DNA of 60,985 nucleotides, the filler included. It is 5 parts of 5 records of this genome, joined end to end, with 100 filler letters (N's around TTAATTAATTAA, not from the genome) between each part and the next. Parts side by side here need not be neighbours in the genome. Positions count along the whole stretch, not along the records: positions 1 to 18,986 come from DRR378314_1170; 4 more parts are not named here. The stretch is one strand, 5' to 3'. This document shows, piece by piece, positions 1 to 8,964 of this stretch; the stretch's first letter is position 1; every line of letters begins with the position of its first letter. The notes beneath the pieces were generated by a model. The model searched no databases and was not told the origin of the DNA. It saw only the letters and a list, made by a program, of their open reading frames with translations. A program made the position numbers and the translations under genes.

Positions 1-4
1 TGCA

Positions 5-1399
5 ATGTGGATTCCAGATTTATTCATGAAACGTGTTCAAGAAGATGGAAACTGGACATTGATGTGTCCAAATGAATGTCCACATTTATTTGATTCTTAC
101 GGAGATGAATTTGAACGATTATATGAAGGGTACGAAGCTTCTAATAAAGGAAGAAAAACAATTAAAGCACGTGTGCTTTGGGAGAAAATCTTAGAATCTC
201 AAATAGAGACAGGAACTCCTTATATGTTATACAAAGATGCAGTAAACCGTAAAACAAACCATAAGAATTTAGGAACCATCCGTTCTTCTAACTTATGTAC
301 AGAGATTATGGAATATACGGCAAATGATGAGGTTGCAGTTTGTAATTTAGCATCTATTGCTTTGCCAATGTTTGTTACAGAAAAAGAAAACGGAGAAAAG
401 TTCTTTAACCATAAAAAACTATTCGATGTAACTAAAAAGGTAACTCGTAATTTAGACACGGTTATCGATATGAATTATTATCCTGTAATTGAAGCAGAAA
501 ACTCTAACTTTCGTCATAGACCAGTTGGATTAGGAATTCAAGGATTAGCAGATACATTTATCAATTTACGTTTGCCTTTTACTTCTGATGAAGCAAAAAA
601 ATTAAATCAAGATATCTTTGAAACCATGTATTTTGCTGCAGTAACTTCTTCTATGGAAATTGCCAAAGCTAAAGAGCCATATTCTACATTTAAAGGTTCT
701 CCAATGTCAGAAGGAGAATTCCAATTTAATATGTGGGGAATTAAAGATGATGAATTAAGCGGAAATTGGGATTGGGCAAAATTACGTAAGAATGTAATGA
801 AACATGGTGTTCGTAATTCATTATTAGTTGCACCAATGCCAACAGCATCAACATCTCAAATTTTAGGAAATAATGAAGCCTTTGAGCCATACACTTCTAA
901 TATTTATACAAGAAGAGTATTATCTGGAGAGTTTATTGTAGTTAACAAACATCTATTAGAAGATTTAGTAGAATTAGGATTGTGGAATAACAGTATGAAA
1001 GAAGATATTATGCGTGCAAACGGTTCTATTCAACATATTGAAGAAATTCCTGCAGAATTAAAAGAACTATACAAAACAGTTTGGGAAATGAGTATGAAAG
1101 ATATTATTGATATGGCACGCCATAGAGGATATTTCATCGATCAGTCTCAATCATTAAACTTATTTATGCAAGATCCAGATTTTGGTAAGTTAACTTCAAT
1201 GCATTTCTACGGATGGAAATCTGGATTAAAAACAGGAATGTATTATTTAAGAACAAAATCTGCTGTAAATGCAAAACAGTTTACATTAAATATAGAAAAG
1301 AAAGAAGAAGACAAACCAATGTCTGCAGATGAATTTAAAGCAATGGTAGATGCATCGAGAGACGCAGGACCGGATGATTGCTTAATGTGTGGATCTTAA
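5..1399 (+). CDS. nrdA: Ribonucleoside-diphosphate reductase class Ia alpha subunit, 5'-truncated by window edge
   Basis: SSNLCTEI catalytic loop, [34 protein letters not shown] and C-terminal CLMC redox pair. Confidence 0.97.
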   Translation: MWIPDLFMKRVQEDGNWTLMCPNECPHLFDSYGDEFERLYEGYEASNKGRKTIKARVLWEKILESQIETGTPYMLYKDAVNRKTNHKNLGTIRSSNLCTEIMEYTANDEVAVCNLASIALPMFVTEKENGEKFFNHKKLFDVTKKVTRNLDTVIDMNYYPVIEAENSNFRHRPVGLGIQGLADTFINLRLPFTSDEAKKLNQDIFETMYFAAVTSSMEIAKAKEPYSTFKGSPMSEGEFQFNMWGIKDDELSGNWDWAKLRKNVMKHGVRNSLLVAPMPTASTSQILGNNEAFEPYTSNIYTRRVLSGEFIVVNKHLLEDLVELGLWNNSMKEDIMRANGSIQHIEEIPAELKELYKTVWEMSMKDIIDMARHRGYFIDQSQSLNLFMQDPDFGKLTSMHFYGWKSGLKTGMYYLRTKSAVNAKQFTLNIEKKEEDKPMSADEFKAMVDASRDAGPDDCLMCGS

Positions 1400-1449
1400 T
1401 CAAATTCACAATCGTCCCTCGTGACACAAATTAAATTAAAAGTTGATAG

Positions 1450-1473
1450 AGAGAAGCAGCAATGCTTCTCTTT
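1450..1473 (+). terminator. Intrinsic terminator after nrdA
   Basis: AGAGAAGCA-GCAA-TGCTTCTCT hairpin followed by a short T tract. Confidence 0.7.
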
Positions 1474-1515
1474 ATTATGAAAAATTAAATTATTATAAGA
1501 GTAAATATTTGACAT

Positions 1516-1630
1516 AAAAAAAGCGATACTGGACATATCGCTCTTGGTGTATTTTAAATTTTTTCCTTGGCGGGCTAAAAATTTATAGTTGTTTGAAAGA
1601 TTTTTGAGATTAACTCATCTCCCTTTCGTT
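1516..1630 (-). ncRNA. Candidate ~115-nt small RNA divergent from the orphan gene
   Basis: Minus-strand Bacteroidota-type promoter upstream, hairpins at 1595-1627 and 1555-1585, terminator hairpin 1522-1542 followed by T7 on the minus strand; no credible ORF. Confidence 0.5.
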
Positions 1631-1633
1631 CTT

Positions 1634-1665
1634 CAATATTACGAAATAGGATTCTTTCCGCCAAG
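1634..1665 (-). promoter_or_regulatory. Bacteroidota sigma-A-like promoter (-33/-7)
   Basis: Minus strand CTTG-N20-TAATATTG versus consensus TTTG-N19-21-TAnnTTTG. Confidence 0.45.
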
Positions 1666-1781
1666 TTATTTTTCTAAATTTTATTTAAACAGAAATAAAG
1701 CTTTATGACCTTTGTTTTAGCTTTATAACACACTTGTTAACAATAATTATAAAAGTTAATAAGTATAATACAGATAATAAG

Positions 1782-2453
1782 ATGGAATATAAAATTTCAA
1801 TAAACCCTTTAGTTGCTTTTTCTAAAGGAACAGTATCAAAAAAAAGAAGAATTATTCTTGATCAGAAAAACCCTTCAGTTTTTAAAGTAGGTTGGTATCA
1901 AACACCAAGAGCTTGTATAAAGAAATCAATCTCTCAAAATGGAGATAGTGATGCAATTATTAAAGGTCTAGAAAGGTTGAAAGAGAAGGTAGTTGAAAAA
2001 CCAAGGCAAATTCAAAACAAGACTGCATCTATAGAAGCAATGAGAAAGTATTTGAATATAGAATTTCCACAGATTTTGAAAAACCATAATCTAAACATAA
2101 TTAAGAAAAGACTTGTAAAGTCTACTTGGATAAATGGAGTAGAAATCTTAGTTTCTCCGGATGTAGTATTCACTTTTGATTATAAAGGGAAAAAGTATAT
2201 TGGTGGAGTAAAGATTCATTTATCAAAAGGAGATATTTTTGATTTAAATGAATCAAAAATGGTTGCAACAATTTTACATAAGCATATTTTGGAAATATCA
2301 CCAAGTTATAATGCTATTCCTTTACATGAAACATGTTTGTCAATTGACGTTTTTGGGCAAAGAATTGTTGCGTCTGCAATAGATACTGAAAGAGTCTTAA
2401 ATGAAGTTACTGAAATATGTAATGAAATTAAGCAAATTTGGAATGTAGCTTAA
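1782..2453 (+). CDS. Orphan basic protein, possibly PD-(D/E)XK nuclease-like fold
   Basis: 223-aa ORF from ATG 1782 (track start 1734 is a TTG); VSPDVV...GGVKIHLSK motif spacing; followed by a terminator. Confidence 0.75.
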   Translation: MEYKISINPLVAFSKGTVSKKRRIILDQKNPSVFKVGWYQTPRACIKKSISQNGDSDAIIKGLERLKEKVVEKPRQIQNKTASIEAMRKYLNIEFPQILKNHNLNIIKKRLVKSTWINGVEILVSPDVVFTFDYKGKKYIGGVKIHLSKGDIFDLNESKMVATILHKHILEISPSYNAIPLHETCLSIDVFGQRIVASAIDTERVLNEVTEICNEIKQIWNVA

Positions 2454-2470
2454 TAATTATAAAATGTGAT

Positions 2471-2501
2471 AAAAGAGAAGCTATAAAGCTTCTCTTTTTT
2501 T
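2471..2501 (+). terminator. Intrinsic terminator after orphan gene
   Basis: AAAAGAGAAGCT-ATAA-AGCTTCTCTTTT hairpin with T tract. Confidence 0.8.
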
Positions 2502-2528
2502 GTTAACTTCGGCAATATTTTAACTATT

Positions 2529-3869
2529 ATGATGAATTGGGAACAACTCTTATCACTAAAAAGATATGGAGATACAGAAAAACGCCATAGAGCACAACAA
2601 GATGAAACCCGTTTGGGTTTTGAAGTAGATTTTGATCGAATTATTTTCTCAACAGCATTTAGAAGCTTACAAGATAAAACGCAGGTAATTCCATTATCAG
2701 AAACAGATTTTGTGCATACGCGATTAACACACAGTTTAGAAGTATCTGTAGTAGGGAGAAGTATTGGTAGACGAGTTGGTAAAGTATTATTAGAACGTCA
2801 TCCGAATTTAGTAGAATTGGGTTATACCTTTAATGATTTTGGAGCCATAGTAGCTGCAGCATCTGTAACGCATGATATTGGAAACCCGCCATTTGGTCAT
2901 TCTGGAGAAAAAGCCATCGGAGAGTATTTTAAAACAGGTAATGGAGCTACATTTAAAAATGAATTATCTCAAAAAGAATATCAAGATTTAATAGATTTTG
3001 AAGGGAATGCCAATGGATTTAAAATTCTTACAGAAACAAGAGAAGGTATTACTGGCGGTTTAAGACTGTCATACGCTACATTGGGTGCTTTTATGAAATA
3101 CCCAAAAGAGTCATTACCCAAAAAGCCAACCAATCATATTGTAGATAAAAAATATGGTTTTTTCCAATCAGAAAAAGAAGCTTTTATTGATTTAGTAGAA
3201 GACTTGGGATTGAAACAAAAATCTACTACCAAAGATATAGCATTTTATAGACATCCATTAGCTTATTTAGTAGAAGCTGCAGATGATATTTGTTACACTA
3301 TTATTGATTTTGAAGATGGAATTAATTTAGGTTTAATAGAAGAAGATTACGCGTTAGAATACATGTCTAAATTGATTAAAAATATCAATAGAGATAAATA
3401 TTACGCATTACAACATACTAAAGATAGAACTGCGTATTTAAGAGCAATTGCTATCAATTCTTTAATTGATGAAGCAGTTGATATTTTTTTAAATAACGAA
3501 AAAGCAATTTTAAAAGGAGAATTTGAAAATTCTTTATTAGATAAATGTAAGTATGAAGCACAAATAAACGACATTATACAAATAAGTATAAGAAAGATAT
3601 ATAAAAGTCATGATGTAGTTGAAAAAGAAGTTGCAGGATATAAAATAATAGCAGATTTATTAGATGTTTTTGTAAGTGCATTAAACAACACTTATAATGG
3701 TAATGCTTCTAATTATGATAAATTAGTATTGAATGTGCTACCTAATGAGTACAAAATTAACTCAGATAACCTGTATGAAAGAATTATGCAAGTATGTAGT
3801 TATGTTTCTAAAATGTCTGATAGTTATGCCATTAGATTACATAAAAAAATAAACGGAAATATTATATAA
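2529..3869 (+). CDS. dgt: Deoxyguanosinetriphosphate triphosphohydrolase (HD domain)
   Basis: RSLQDKTQV, HTRLTHSLEV, HDIGNPPFGHSGE, FEGNANG, EAADDICY. Confidence 0.95.
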   Translation: MMNWEQLLSLKRYGDTEKRHRAQQDETRLGFEVDFDRIIFSTAFRSLQDKTQVIPLSETDFVHTRLTHSLEVSVVGRSIGRRVGKVLLERHPNLVELGYTFNDFGAIVAAASVTHDIGNPPFGHSGEKAIGEYFKTGNGATFKNELSQKEYQDLIDFEGNANGFKILTETREGITGGLRLSYATLGAFMKYPKESLPKKPTNHIVDKKYGFFQSEKEAFIDLVEDLGLKQKSTTKDIAFYRHPLAYLVEAADDICYTIIDFEDGINLGLIEEDYALEYMSKLIKNINRDKYYALQHTKDRTAYLRAIAINSLIDEAVDIFLNNEKAILKGEFENSLLDKCKYEAQINDIIQISIRKIYKSHDVVEKEVAGYKIIADLLDVFVSALNNTYNGNASNYDKLVLNVLPNEYKINSDNLYERIMQVCSYVSKMSDSYAIRLHKKINGNII

Positions 3870-3922
3870 ATCCTTTTCACTAACTTTGAGATGTCCCTAA
3901 GCTTTAAATAAAATATTAAAAA

Positions 3923-6637
3923 ATGAAAAAAAAATTACTTTTACTTTTAGTGTTAGCAATTTCAACAATCGTTGTTTATAAAATTTCAACACAAAAATCT
4001 TCTGAAGAAATTCTAAAAGAAAAACATGCAGAGTTTTTAAAAAATCACTCATATAATGAGTCTTTAAAACTAACTAAGAAAGAAAGGAAAGCAAGAGGAA
4101 TGGCACCAAATAAATATTTTGAACAAGAATATTTATTAGAAATGAATCCAAATACAGGAAGAACGCATCCAGAAAATGTAATTCAATTACAAGAAAGATT
4201 AAAAGCGCAAAGAAAACTGCAAAGAGTACCAGGAGATGCATCTGACAATATGTGGGTAGAAAGAGGACCAAATAATATTGGCGGAAGAACACGTGTAGTA
4301 ATGTTTGACCCTAATGATAATACAAACAAAAGAGTTTTTGCTGGTGGTGTTTCTGGAGGATTATGGGTAAATAATGATATTACAGACGAGAATACTTCTT
4401 GGACAAGAGTTGGTATTGATGAAAACTTATCTATTTCTTGTATGACTGTTGATCCAAATAATTCTCAGATTATGTACATTGGAACAGGTGAGTCTTATAC
4501 TGGAGATGACGCCGTTGGAAACGGAGTTTGGAAATCTACAGATGGAGGTAATTCTTGGGAAAGTGTTTTAAGAGATGATTTTAATTTAGAGAAAAGAAAT
4601 AGGATTAATTATATAAATGACATTATAGCTTGGAACAATCCATCAACGAATAAAACAGAAGTTTTCGTTGCTGTTGCAAGAGCATACTATCGTGAAGGTG
4701 CAGCCTATATTGGGGACCATGGATTATGGAAATCAAGTAATGATGGAGCAAATTGGTCTGAACTTAATGTAGAAATAAGCCCAGGTTCTAATTATATAAT
4801 AAGTGATTTTGAAATTGGAGCAGACAATACAATTTGGGCTGGTACAAATATAAATACATTTAATGATGGAGGTGGGACAATTTTAAAATCTACCAACGGA
4901 ACAACTTTTACAGTAGCACATACAATAGCAGGTGGTAGAAGAACAGAAATTGCGGTTTCTAAAACTGATAAAGACAAAATTTATGTGTTATGTCATATTC
5001 CAGGATCACCAAAAATCGAATTAACGACAAATGGATTTACTTCGGTTTCTAGTATTACTGCACCAGCAGATGCAGATACAGGTATTCCAAATAGCGATTT
5101 TACTAGAGGACAAGCTTTTTATGATTTAGTAATTGAAGTAGACCCTACTGATGATAAGATAGCATATGTAGGAGGAATTGATTTATTTCTAACTTTTAAC
5201 TCAGGAAATTCTTGGCAACAAATTTCTAAATGGTCTAACAATAATAATTTAGCAGCATTAACCATTCCGTTGGTACATGCAGATCAGCATTCATGGGCTT
5301 TTCATCCAACTAATCCTAGACAAGCAATTATAGGTAATGATGGTGGTGTATTTTATGCAAGTGATTTGTGGGGGGCTGCAAACTCAACTACTGCTATTTC
5401 TGGTAGAAATAAAGATTATAATGTAACTCAATTTTATCATGGAGCTATTGGACAAGATAATTCAAACGATGTATTATTAGCAGGTGCTCAAGATAACGGA
5501 ACTCCATTTGTTCAAAACGCTAGTGCAGGCGTAAATAATATGGAAGATGTATATGGAGGAGATGGAGCGTATTCTTTTATTGATAAAGACGGAGAATACA
5601 TGATTGTATCTTATGTTTATAACACAAAAGCAAGACTTAATTTGCCGTACAACGGTTCAGGGACAACACTAGATAATGATGGAGATACTGGTTCATTTAT
5701 AAACCCAGGAGCTTTAGATGATAATTTAGATATATTGTTTTCAAATGCTTCAGGAAGTGGAAAAGATAGTATTATTAGGTATTCAGGTATAAAAAATGGT
5801 CAAACTTTAGTAAAAAAGAAGTTAGGTAACGCAAACTTAGCGGGAGCAGCTACAGCTTTTAGAGTTTCTCCTTTTACAACCACTTCAACAAAGTTATTTT
5901 TAGGAACAGATAATGGGTTAATATTAAAAGTAGAAAATGCAAACACAAACAACCCTGCATGGTCATTTATTGGTACAGGTAGTATGTCTGGTAGTGTTTC
6001 TTGTATTAGTTTTGGAGCTAATGAAGATGAAATATTAGTTACTATGCATAATTATGGAGTAATTAGTATTTGGTATACTTCTAATGGAGGAACTACTTGG
6101 GTAAGCAAAGAAGGAAATTTTGCAGATATTCCTGTAAAAGCAATTATGATGAACCCTGTAAATAACGATGAAGTTATTATTGGAACACAATTAGGTGTTT
6201 GGAGAACAAGTAACTTTAAAGATGCTTCACCTAAATGGACACAGTCTCAAGATGGTATGTCTAATGTAAAAGTAACTTCTTTTAGTTTAAGAACATCAGA
6301 CAATACAGTAATGGCATCTACGTATGGTAGAGGGGTGTTTACAGGACAATTTGCAACTGGAGTTGCTTCTGTAGAAGATGTTGTAAATGAATCTAAAGTA
6401 TTTACAATGTACCCAACGGTTTCTAATGGTGATTTTACTGTTTTTGCTAAAAACTCTTTAGGAAAAGCAAAATTACAGATGTTTGATATTAATGGTAGAG
6501 AGGTGTATTCTAAAGATTTAGATTTTACTCAACAGGCAAGACAACCAATTTCTGTAGATTTAAATGCAGGAATTTACATTGTTAATTTAATAGATTCAAA
6601 TAATAAGAAAGCTACAAGTAAAGTGGTCATTAAATAA
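3923..6637 (+). CDS. T9SS-secreted BNR/Asp-box beta-propeller protein with type A C-terminal sorting domain
   Basis: Signal peptide; GPNNIGGRTR start; repeated S-x-D/N-G-G-x-x-W boxes; C-terminal YP...G...FDINGREV...AGIYIV...KVVIK. Confidence 0.85.
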   Translation: MKKKLLLLLVLAISTIVVYKISTQKSSEEILKEKHAEFLKNHSYNESLKLTKKERKARGMAPNKYFEQEYLLEMNPNTGRTHPENVIQLQERLKAQRKLQRVPGDASDNMWVERGPNNIGGRTRVVMFDPNDNTNKRVFAGGVSGGLWVNNDITDENTSWTRVGIDENLSISCMTVDPNNSQIMYIGTGESYTGDDAVGNGVWKSTDGGNSWESVLRDDFNLEKRNRINYINDIIAWNNPSTNKTEVFVAVARAYYREGAAYIGDHGLWKSSNDGANWSELNVEISPGSNYIISDFEIGADNTIWAGTNINTFNDGGGTILKSTNGTTFTVAHTIAGGRRTEIAVSKTDKDKIYVLCHIPGSPKIELTTNGFTSVSSITAPADADTGIPNSDFTRGQAFYDLVIEVDPTDDKIAYVGGIDLFLTFNSGNSWQQISKWSNNNNLAALTIPLVHADQHSWAFHPTNPRQAIIGNDGGVFYASDLWGAANSTTAISGRNKDYNVTQFYHGAIGQDNSNDVLLAGAQDNGTPFVQNASAGVNNMEDVYGGDGAYSFIDKDGEYMIVSYVYNTKARLNLPYNGSGTTLDNDGDTGSFINPGALDDNLDILFSNASGSGKDSIIRYSGIKNGQTLVKKKLGNANLAGAATAFRVSPFTTTSTKLFLGTDNGLILKVENANTNNPAWSFIGTGSMSGSVSCISFGANEDEILVTMHNYGVISIWYTSNGGTTWVSKEGNFADIPVKAIMMNPVNNDEVIIGTQLGVWRTSNFKDASPKWTQSQDGMSNVKVTSFSLRTSDNTVMASTYGRGVFTGQFATGVASVEDVVNESKVFTMYPTVSNGDFTVFAKNSLGKAKLQMFDINGREVYSKDLDFTQQARQPISVDLNAGIYIVNLIDSNNKKATSKVVIK

Positions 6638-6655
6638 ACATTGGATAAATTAAAT

Positions 6656-6687
6656 AAAAAAGAGCTGTAATTTTACAGCTCTTTTTT
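6656..6687. terminator. Bidirectional intrinsic terminator between convergent genes
   Basis: AAAAAAGAGCTGTAA-TT-TTACAGCTCTTTTTT inverted repeat. Confidence 0.85.
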
Positions 6688-8449
6688 ATTGTATCTCTTT
6701 TATTTTCTTTAAGATTGAATTTACATCTATTTTCGAAATTTTATGGAGTTCATCAACAGTTCCATGGTGAATAAATTTATCTGGTATTCCCATTAAAGAA
6801 ATAGTATTTGTATAAGAATTGTTAGATGCAAATTCTAAGATTGAAGTTCCAAAACCACCTTTTACACTACCTTCTTCTATTGTAATAATTTTAGGATATT
6901 TTTTAAAAATTGCATGTAAAGCATTTTCATCTAAAGGTTTTAAAAACTGCATATCATAATGAGAAATATTTTTATTGTTAATAGCAATAGTTACGTTTTT
7001 AGCAATACTTCCTAAAGATAAAATAGCTATGTTTTTTCCTTGTTTAAGTTGAATACTTTTACCCAATGTAATTTTAGAAAATGGTTGTTTCCAATCTATG
7101 ATTTTACCTTTCCCTCTTGGATATCTTATGGCAATTGGGTTTTTTAATCCTAATTGAGCAGTAAATAAGATATTTCTTAAATCCACCTCATTTTTTGGAG
7201 CATAAATAATCATATTTGGTATACAATTTAAATACGCTAAATCATAAACACCATGATGCGTTGCTCCATCTGCTCCAACTAAACCAGCTCTATCTAAACA
7301 AAAGATTACAGGTAAATTTTGAAGAGCAACATCATGTATAACTTGATCATAAGCACGTTGTAAAAAAGTAGAATATATATTACAATATGGAATTAACCCT
7401 TGCGTTGCCATTCCAGCCGCTAATGTTACTGCATGTTGTTCTGCAATACCAACATCAAATGTTCTTTCTGGATAAACATCAAACATAAATTTTAATGAAC
7501 TACCGGTTAACATTGCCGGTGTAATTCCAACTATTTTATCATTCTTAGAAGCTAATTCTACCATAGTTTTACCAAAAACATCTTGATATTTTAAGGGTTC
7601 AATCTTTACTTCTTTTGGAATTATTTCACCAGTTTTACTATTAAATTTACCAGGAGCATGGTATTGAACCTGATTTTCTTCTGCTTGTTTTAACCCTTTA
7701 CCTTTTGTAGTTACAATGTGTAAAAATTTTGGGCCTTTAATTTTTTTTAACCTGCTTAATTCAACAACCAAATCATCTAAACTATGACCATCTATTGGTC
7801 CAGAATAATTAAAATTTAAAGCCTTAATAATATTGTTTTGAGCCGCTAACCTTTTATCATTTTTAACCTTAGTTAAATATTCTTTAAGTGCACCTACAGC
7901 AGGATCAATACCTATGGCGTTATCATTTAAAATAACCAAAACATTTGCATCCGATACACCTGCATGATTTAATGCTTCAAAAGCCATACCGCTAGCTATA
8001 GAAGCATCTCCAATAACTGCAATATGTTGTTTGTTAGTATCTCCTTTTAGTTTAGATGCAATTGCCATTCCTAGTACAGCAGAAATTGAAGTAGAAGAAT
8101 GCCCAACTCCAAACGCATCATATTTACTCTCGCTGCGTTTTGGAAAACCAGAAATACCATTTAAACGTCTATTGGTTTCAAAAGTAATTTTTCGTTCAGT
8201 TAATATTTTATGTCCGTAAGCTTGATGTCCTACATCCCAAACTAACAAATCATTTGGCGTATCAAATAAATAATGCAATGCTATAGTTAGCTCAACAACA
8301 CCTAGACTGGCACCTAAATGTCCTTCTTTTGTTGCTACAATATCAATAATAAATTGCCTCAATTCTTTAGCAACTTCTGGTAATTGATTAACAGAAAGTT
8401 TACGCAAGTCTTGCGGATTATTAATCGTATTTAATAGTTTATCAGTCAT
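6686..8449 (-). CDS. dxs: 1-deoxy-D-xylulose-5-phosphate synthase
   Basis: GHLGASLGVVELT, WDVGHQAYGHK, GHSSTSIS, DVGIAEQHAV, DRAGLVGADGATH. Confidence 0.97.
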   Translation of the reverse strand: MTDKLLNTINNPQDLRKLSVNQLPEVAKELRQFIIDIVATKEGHLGASLGVVELTIALHYLFDTPNDLLVWDVGHQAYGHKILTERKITFETNRRLNGISGFPKRSESKYDAFGVGHSSTSISAVLGMAIASKLKGDTNKQHIAVIGDASIASGMAFEALNHAGVSDANVLVILNDNAIGIDPAVGALKEYLTKVKNDKRLAAQNNIIKALNFNYSGPIDGHSLDDLVVELSRLKKIKGPKFLHIVTTKGKGLKQAEENQVQYHAPGKFNSKTGEIIPKEVKIEPLKYQDVFGKTMVELASKNDKIVGITPAMLTGSSLKFMFDVYPERTFDVGIAEQHAVTLAAGMATQGLIPYCNIYSTFLQRAYDQVIHDVALQNLPVIFCLDRAGLVGADGATHHGVYDLAYLNCIPNMIIYAPKNEVDLRNILFTAQLGLKNPIAIRYPRGKGKIIDWKQPFSKITLGKSIQLKQGKNIAILSLGSIAKNVTIAINNKNISHYDMQFLKPLDENALHAIFKKYPKIITIEEGSVKGGFGTSILEFASNNSYTNTISLMGIPDKFIHHGTVDELHKISKIDVNSILKKIKEIQ

Positions 8450-8514
8450 AAAAAAACAAAAGTACGAGTTTTACAACTCATATGCTTTTTGTATTATTGA
8501 AAAAATATTTTTTA

Positions 8515-8964
8515 ATGATAAATCCTTTTGATGATTCTTATTTTATGAAAAAAGCTTTTGAAGAAGCCTCGATTGCTTTTGATAAAGGAGAAGTGCCTGT
8601 GGGTGCTGTAATTACATATAAGGACCAGATAATTGCTAGAGCTCACAACTTAACAGAAACTTTAAATGATGTTACTGCTCATGCAGAAATGCAAGCATTT
8701 ACTGCAGCAGCAGACTATTTAGGAGGGAAATATTTAAAAGACTGTACACTTTATGTAACTTTAGAACCTTGTCAAATGTGTGCCGGAGCGAGTTATTGGA
8801 CACAAATAGGTAAAATTGTATATGGAGCTTCAGAACCAGATAGAGGCTTTGTTGCTTTAAACACCAAACTACACCCAAAAACAAAGGTAATTCATGGGAT
8901 TTTAGAAAATGAATGTAGTTTGTTGCTTAAAAGGTTTTTTATAGAAAAGCGAAATTTAAATTAA
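8515..8964 (+). CDS. tadA: tRNA-specific adenosine deaminase / nucleoside deaminase
   Basis: GEVPVGAV, TAHAEM, LYVTLEPCQMCAGA zinc motif; likely start MINPFDD at 8515. Confidence 0.88.
   Translation: MINPFDDSYFMKKAFEEASIAFDKGEVPVGAVITYKDQIIARAHNLTETLNDVTAHAEMQAFTAAADYLGGKYLKDCTLYVTLEPCQMCAGASYWTQIGKIVYGASEPDRGFVALNTKLHPKTKVIHGILENECSLLLKRFFIEKRNLN

Noticed and set aside
5-1399. Eukaryote-like NrdA sequence in a bacterial contig
   Set aside because: Flavobacteria normally carry this class Ia type; composition matches neighbours and there are no introns or inteins
2529-3869. dGTPase as an anti-phage nucleotide-depletion system
   Set aside because: Looks like the ordinary flavobacterial dgt in a housekeeping context; the sequence alone gives no support for a defence role
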